From: Candidatus Hodarchaeum mangrovi | GTDB lineage: Archaea; Asgardarchaeota; Heimdallarchaeia; Hodarchaeales; Hodarchaeaceae | Length of the DNA: 64,000 bases | Direction: 5' to 3' | NCBI GenBank assembly: GCA_016839515.1 | Contig: JAEOUE010000207.1 | Location: forward strand, 28,528 to 92,527 | Part shown: positions 60,823 to 64,000 of the stretch, piece by piece | How positions within the stretch are numbered: position 1 is the stretch's first letter | How the letters are laid out: every line of letters begins with the position of its first letter | The notes under the pieces: model-generated | Databases searched by the model: none | The model's input: the letters and a program-made list of their open reading frames with translations, nothing else | Told to the model about the DNA's origin: nothing | Made by a program: the position numbers and the translations under genes

Positions 60823-61365
60823 TTATGGTACAACTGTGCGATATATTACAAATTCACCAGCAGTTGGACTATTTCGTTTGATTTTTAATACATCTCCAAG
60901 TTTTGCACCAAGAAGCTGAGCTGCTGGATCATCAACTGATATTTTTGGCAATTGATATTTAAAAATAGAATATCTTTCTTCTAATTCCTTAATTTCCTCT
61001 TCAGTGGCAAATTCATGGACAGGTACTAGATAATGGTTGTAGATATTGAAAAATGGAAATTTAATAGAAAAAGTTTCAATTCCAGCCTCATGAGCTTCAC
61101 GTTTAGCATAATGGGTATATTTATTTAAAGCAAGTAATATAGCGTAGTTATATCCTTTCTCTTCTATTTCCTCACGGTAATCACGAAGTTCTTTTACACC
61201 AACCACTTCTTTAAGTGGAATACGCACAATAATAGTCTCTTTTTCATCATTCTTTCCAAAAATATCATAGTATTCATCTTTGGCTGCCTCAGATGTGACT
61301 TTAAATCCTCTAGTGGAAAGAATGGATTTAGCTCCATCAATTACTCTATCTTTTCTACCATCCAC
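60823..61365 (-). CDS. rpoH: RNA polymerase subunit H/Rpb5 with N-terminal jaw-like domain
   Basis: C-terminal HYLVPVHE...LPKISVDDP...SPTAG...YRTVV plus about 105 extra N-terminal residues. Confidence 0.92.
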   Translation of the reverse strand: MDGRKDRVIDGAKSILSTRGFKVTSEAAKDEYYDIFGKNDEKETIIVRIPLKEVVGVKELRDYREEIEEKGYNYAILLALNKYTHYAKREAHEAGIETFSIKFPFFNIYNHYLVPVHEFATEEEIKELEERYSIFKYQLPKISVDDPAAQLLGAKLGDVLKIKRNSPTAGEFVIYRTVVP

Positions 61366-61774
61366 GTTATCACTCTCAAAATTTCTTAGAGTTTATATTT
61401 CTTTTATTTAAGAATGCTTATATTAATTGAATTCCATATGATTTAGCGTTAAACTCATTGGAATAGATGTATAATAGTGATATGGTCGCAAAAAATTTGC
61501 TAAGCACCATTGTTAGAAGTTTTGTCTAATTAAACATTCATACAATCATAATTGACTAATGTAAGTTAATTTTTAGAGACTTATTCTTCAATTAGCTGAC
61601 TTACTAGAATGCTTTTATAGATAGGTTATAACTAAAACACTCAAAGGACTGACCAAATAGTGTTCAAACTTTTTAAATTATTAAGAATTTCTTGATTTCT
61701 GCTATTCTGACCATAAGATCAGATGAGCAAGTTTTTTCATCCCATAAAATAAAATCCCTATTAAGACTTGACTT

Positions 61775-63751
61775 TTAACTATTGGGAATTGAACTTAGAA
61801 AATCTGAATCAGCTTGATATCTAATCAAAGGACAGAATTTATTACATTGTAGACATTTAATACAAGTTTCCATATTAACCTGAATTGACTCTGACTCTAA
61901 ATATAATGCATGTTCATTACAATGATGAAGGCAAATTCCACATCCATCACAACAAATTTTGCGATAGATTGTCCGAATAACTGGATCTATAGCCTCATTA
62001 ATTGATTCCAAAGTATTACCTTTGAGAATTACAGATCCATCACTGAAAATATCAACTCTAACATTCTTCTCAAGATAAATTGAAATAATATCTAATTCTT
62101 CATTGTAATTTACATTTCCTAAAATAGGGAGTAAATGTTCCAAGTATTTTAATTCAAACATCTGATTTGAGGATATAAAGGTTGAAAATCCTCCTTCAAC
62201 GCAAGGAGAAGGATAAGAGGTAAGAATAAATCTCAAATGATCTCCATCCTTCTGGTTCAGAAATTGACCAGTGTATTCAATTTTTTGATAATTTAAGAAA
62301 TTTTTTACTTTTTGAGGGATGTTTTTCCAACGCCATAGGCCCCATGAGATGAACTCTATAGGAAACTTTTCTCTATTTTTAATCATATGTAAATTACTAA
62401 ATAATTTTTGGATCAAATCTGGATGAGTGGTTTTCATAATATGAAAATCAGCCATAGAAGAGGCTGGACATACCCAACAGCCTATTCTGATAAAACCAGA
62501 TTCATATAATGGGTTCAATAAACTAAATAATTTATATTTATATAAATATAAATAAATTTCAAACGCATTCCAATTGTGAATGGGAGCAGCTGTTATCTGT
62601 TTGGGAATCCAAGGATTTTGAGAAATTAATGGCTCACGTGATCGTCCAAATGACTCATAACGCCTTCTTCCAATAAAAGTTAAAACTTTTTTTTCATCAG
62701 GATAAAGAGACTCTAGTATTTCATTAACAGGAAGTAATTTTGCACTTTTACAGCACCATCTTGTATTCCGTGTTGGAGGACCAAACTTGTCAAATCTTTC
62801 CCAAAAATCCCAACGAATATTTTTGAATTGATGCACAGGTCTTTGATAAACTTGACTTATTTTCTTTATATTTGAGATTGTTTCAGGGAATTCAAGTTTT
62901 GTGTCAGAAAAAATAATATCATAAGTGATATCAGATTGAGCAACTAAATTTAATGTGACTAGCGAATCTTTTCCACCTGAATATGCAATTACTTTGTTTT
63001 GAAAGCCAGTTGAAGCGTCCTCGATAAAATTAATGGCTGTAGATTCTTTTTTATTTAAAGAATGCTCATTAGCTTTCAATATTTTCTCCCATGATAACTC
63101 TAAAGGAGCTAATTGATCTAATTTCCCTTTTTTCTTATACTTAGTTTTCACTGCAACCCCTTTTTCGCGAGACATCATTTCAATACCAGTCATTTTTGCT
63201 AATCCAACAGCAATTACTTCTTCTCCACAGATTACAATAACTGGATCGTCATATGAAATTTCTTTATCAGCAAAATTGACTCCAGGCCTTAAAACAGAGG
63301 CTCCGTTTAAAATAGGAGTTTTTGCGCCTTGATCAACATTAATCCATCCTTTGGATTCAGGTTCCCACAAAAATGATGCTAAAGTAATTTTAGGGAGAAT
63401 TTCAAAGGACTCTTTGATTAAATTGTATCTAAAAACCGCTAAAACTCTTCCTTGTATGATTATCTCATCCATTCTGTCAATATAAGGAATTTTATTCAAA
63501 AATATAATTTGGTTTTTAATTAACTGTGTAAATTTTATTTTTACACGGCTTCCATACTGTTTTTCAACCGCTGAAGCAATAAAATCAAGGTCTCCTTTAA
63601 GAGCAGGTCTTATATCTCCAGGAGGGGAAATATTTACTTGTGATCCTTCATTTTGGCAAATATTACAATTTTTATCAATCAAAGGAACTTTACATTGGTC
63701 ACACCAATAAAATCTGATCTTACCTAAATAAGGAATGGGAGTCCTAACCAA
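61775..63751 (-). CDS. PUA + PAPS-reductase-like + ferredoxin domain protein
   Basis: WCDQC zinc finger, PUA domain, YSGGKDS, RWCCK, RIGCWVCP, C-terminal CxxCxxC motifs. Confidence 0.88.
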   Translation of the reverse strand: MVRTPIPYLGKIRFYWCDQCKVPLIDKNCNICQNEGSQVNISPPGDIRPALKGDLDFIASAVEKQYGSRVKIKFTQLIKNQIIFLNKIPYIDRMDEIIIQGRVLAVFRYNLIKESFEILPKITLASFLWEPESKGWINVDQGAKTPILNGASVLRPGVNFADKEISYDDPVIVICGEEVIAVGLAKMTGIEMMSREKGVAVKTKYKKKGKLDQLAPLELSWEKILKANEHSLNKKESTAINFIEDASTGFQNKVIAYSGGKDSLVTLNLVAQSDITYDIIFSDTKLEFPETISNIKKISQVYQRPVHQFKNIRWDFWERFDKFGPPTRNTRWCCKSAKLLPVNEILESLYPDEKKVLTFIGRRRYESFGRSREPLISQNPWIPKQITAAPIHNWNAFEIYLYLYKYKLFSLLNPLYESGFIRIGCWVCPASSMADFHIMKTTHPDLIQKLFSNLHMIKNREKFPIEFISWGLWRWKNIPQKVKNFLNYQKIEYTGQFLNQKDGDHLRFILTSYPSPCVEGGFSTFISSNQMFELKYLEHLLPILGNVNYNEELDIISIYLEKNVRVDIFSDGSVILKGNTLESINEAIDPVIRTIYRKICCDGCGICLHHCNEHALYLESESIQVNMETCIKCLQCNKFCPLIRYQADSDFLSSIPNS

Positions 63752-64000
63752 ATTAAATCGCCAGTTTTATAATTCAAAAAAAAATTTCCAATTAATTTCT
63801 TTCTTTCTCACTATATACAGTTAATTAAAACATTAAAATTGTTATAAATGAAGGGGGTCATTTTAAAACAGATATTATTCTTCAAATTAAATTTTGTTCT
63901 ATAATATGCACATTAAATGTATTATTAATAGATTAACTTTTTATTCCCCGAAAACAGAAAGTTATAATTGAAGTACAAAAAACATACAAACAGGTGTAGA

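Overview
AT-rich archaeal chromosomal housekeeping region, most likely from an Asgard archaeon (Heimdallarchaeia-like; inferred from an OSTC-like protein, a full-length Rpb5-type subunit, Trm112 and divergent paralogues). It encodes RNA polymerase subunits (A', A'', D, L, H), many ribosomal proteins in fragmented operons, ribosome-biogenesis factors, PAN, HerA/NurA, two tandem EF-1alpha-family GTPases and a divergent Tad/type IV pilus-like locus (about 9.5-18.7 kb, pilin at 489). The strongest signal is non-coding. Ten tRNA genes carry 11 introns, 8 of them at non-canonical sites. They include a tRNA-Trp(CCA) with four introns (18/19, 37/38 containing a C/D guide, 45/46, 59/60) and a tRNA-Ser(UGA) with three (8/9, 20a/20b, 37/38); both reconstruct to complete cloverleaves using bulge-helix-bulge (BHB) cut geometry. 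Also seen: a stand-alone C/D sRNA predicted to target the 23S peptidyl-transferase centre, an orphan IS200/IS605 right-end (reRNA-like) element, a NurA gene apparently starting at ATC, and a catalytically dead TPI homologue. All calls come from manual reading; no database searches were run.
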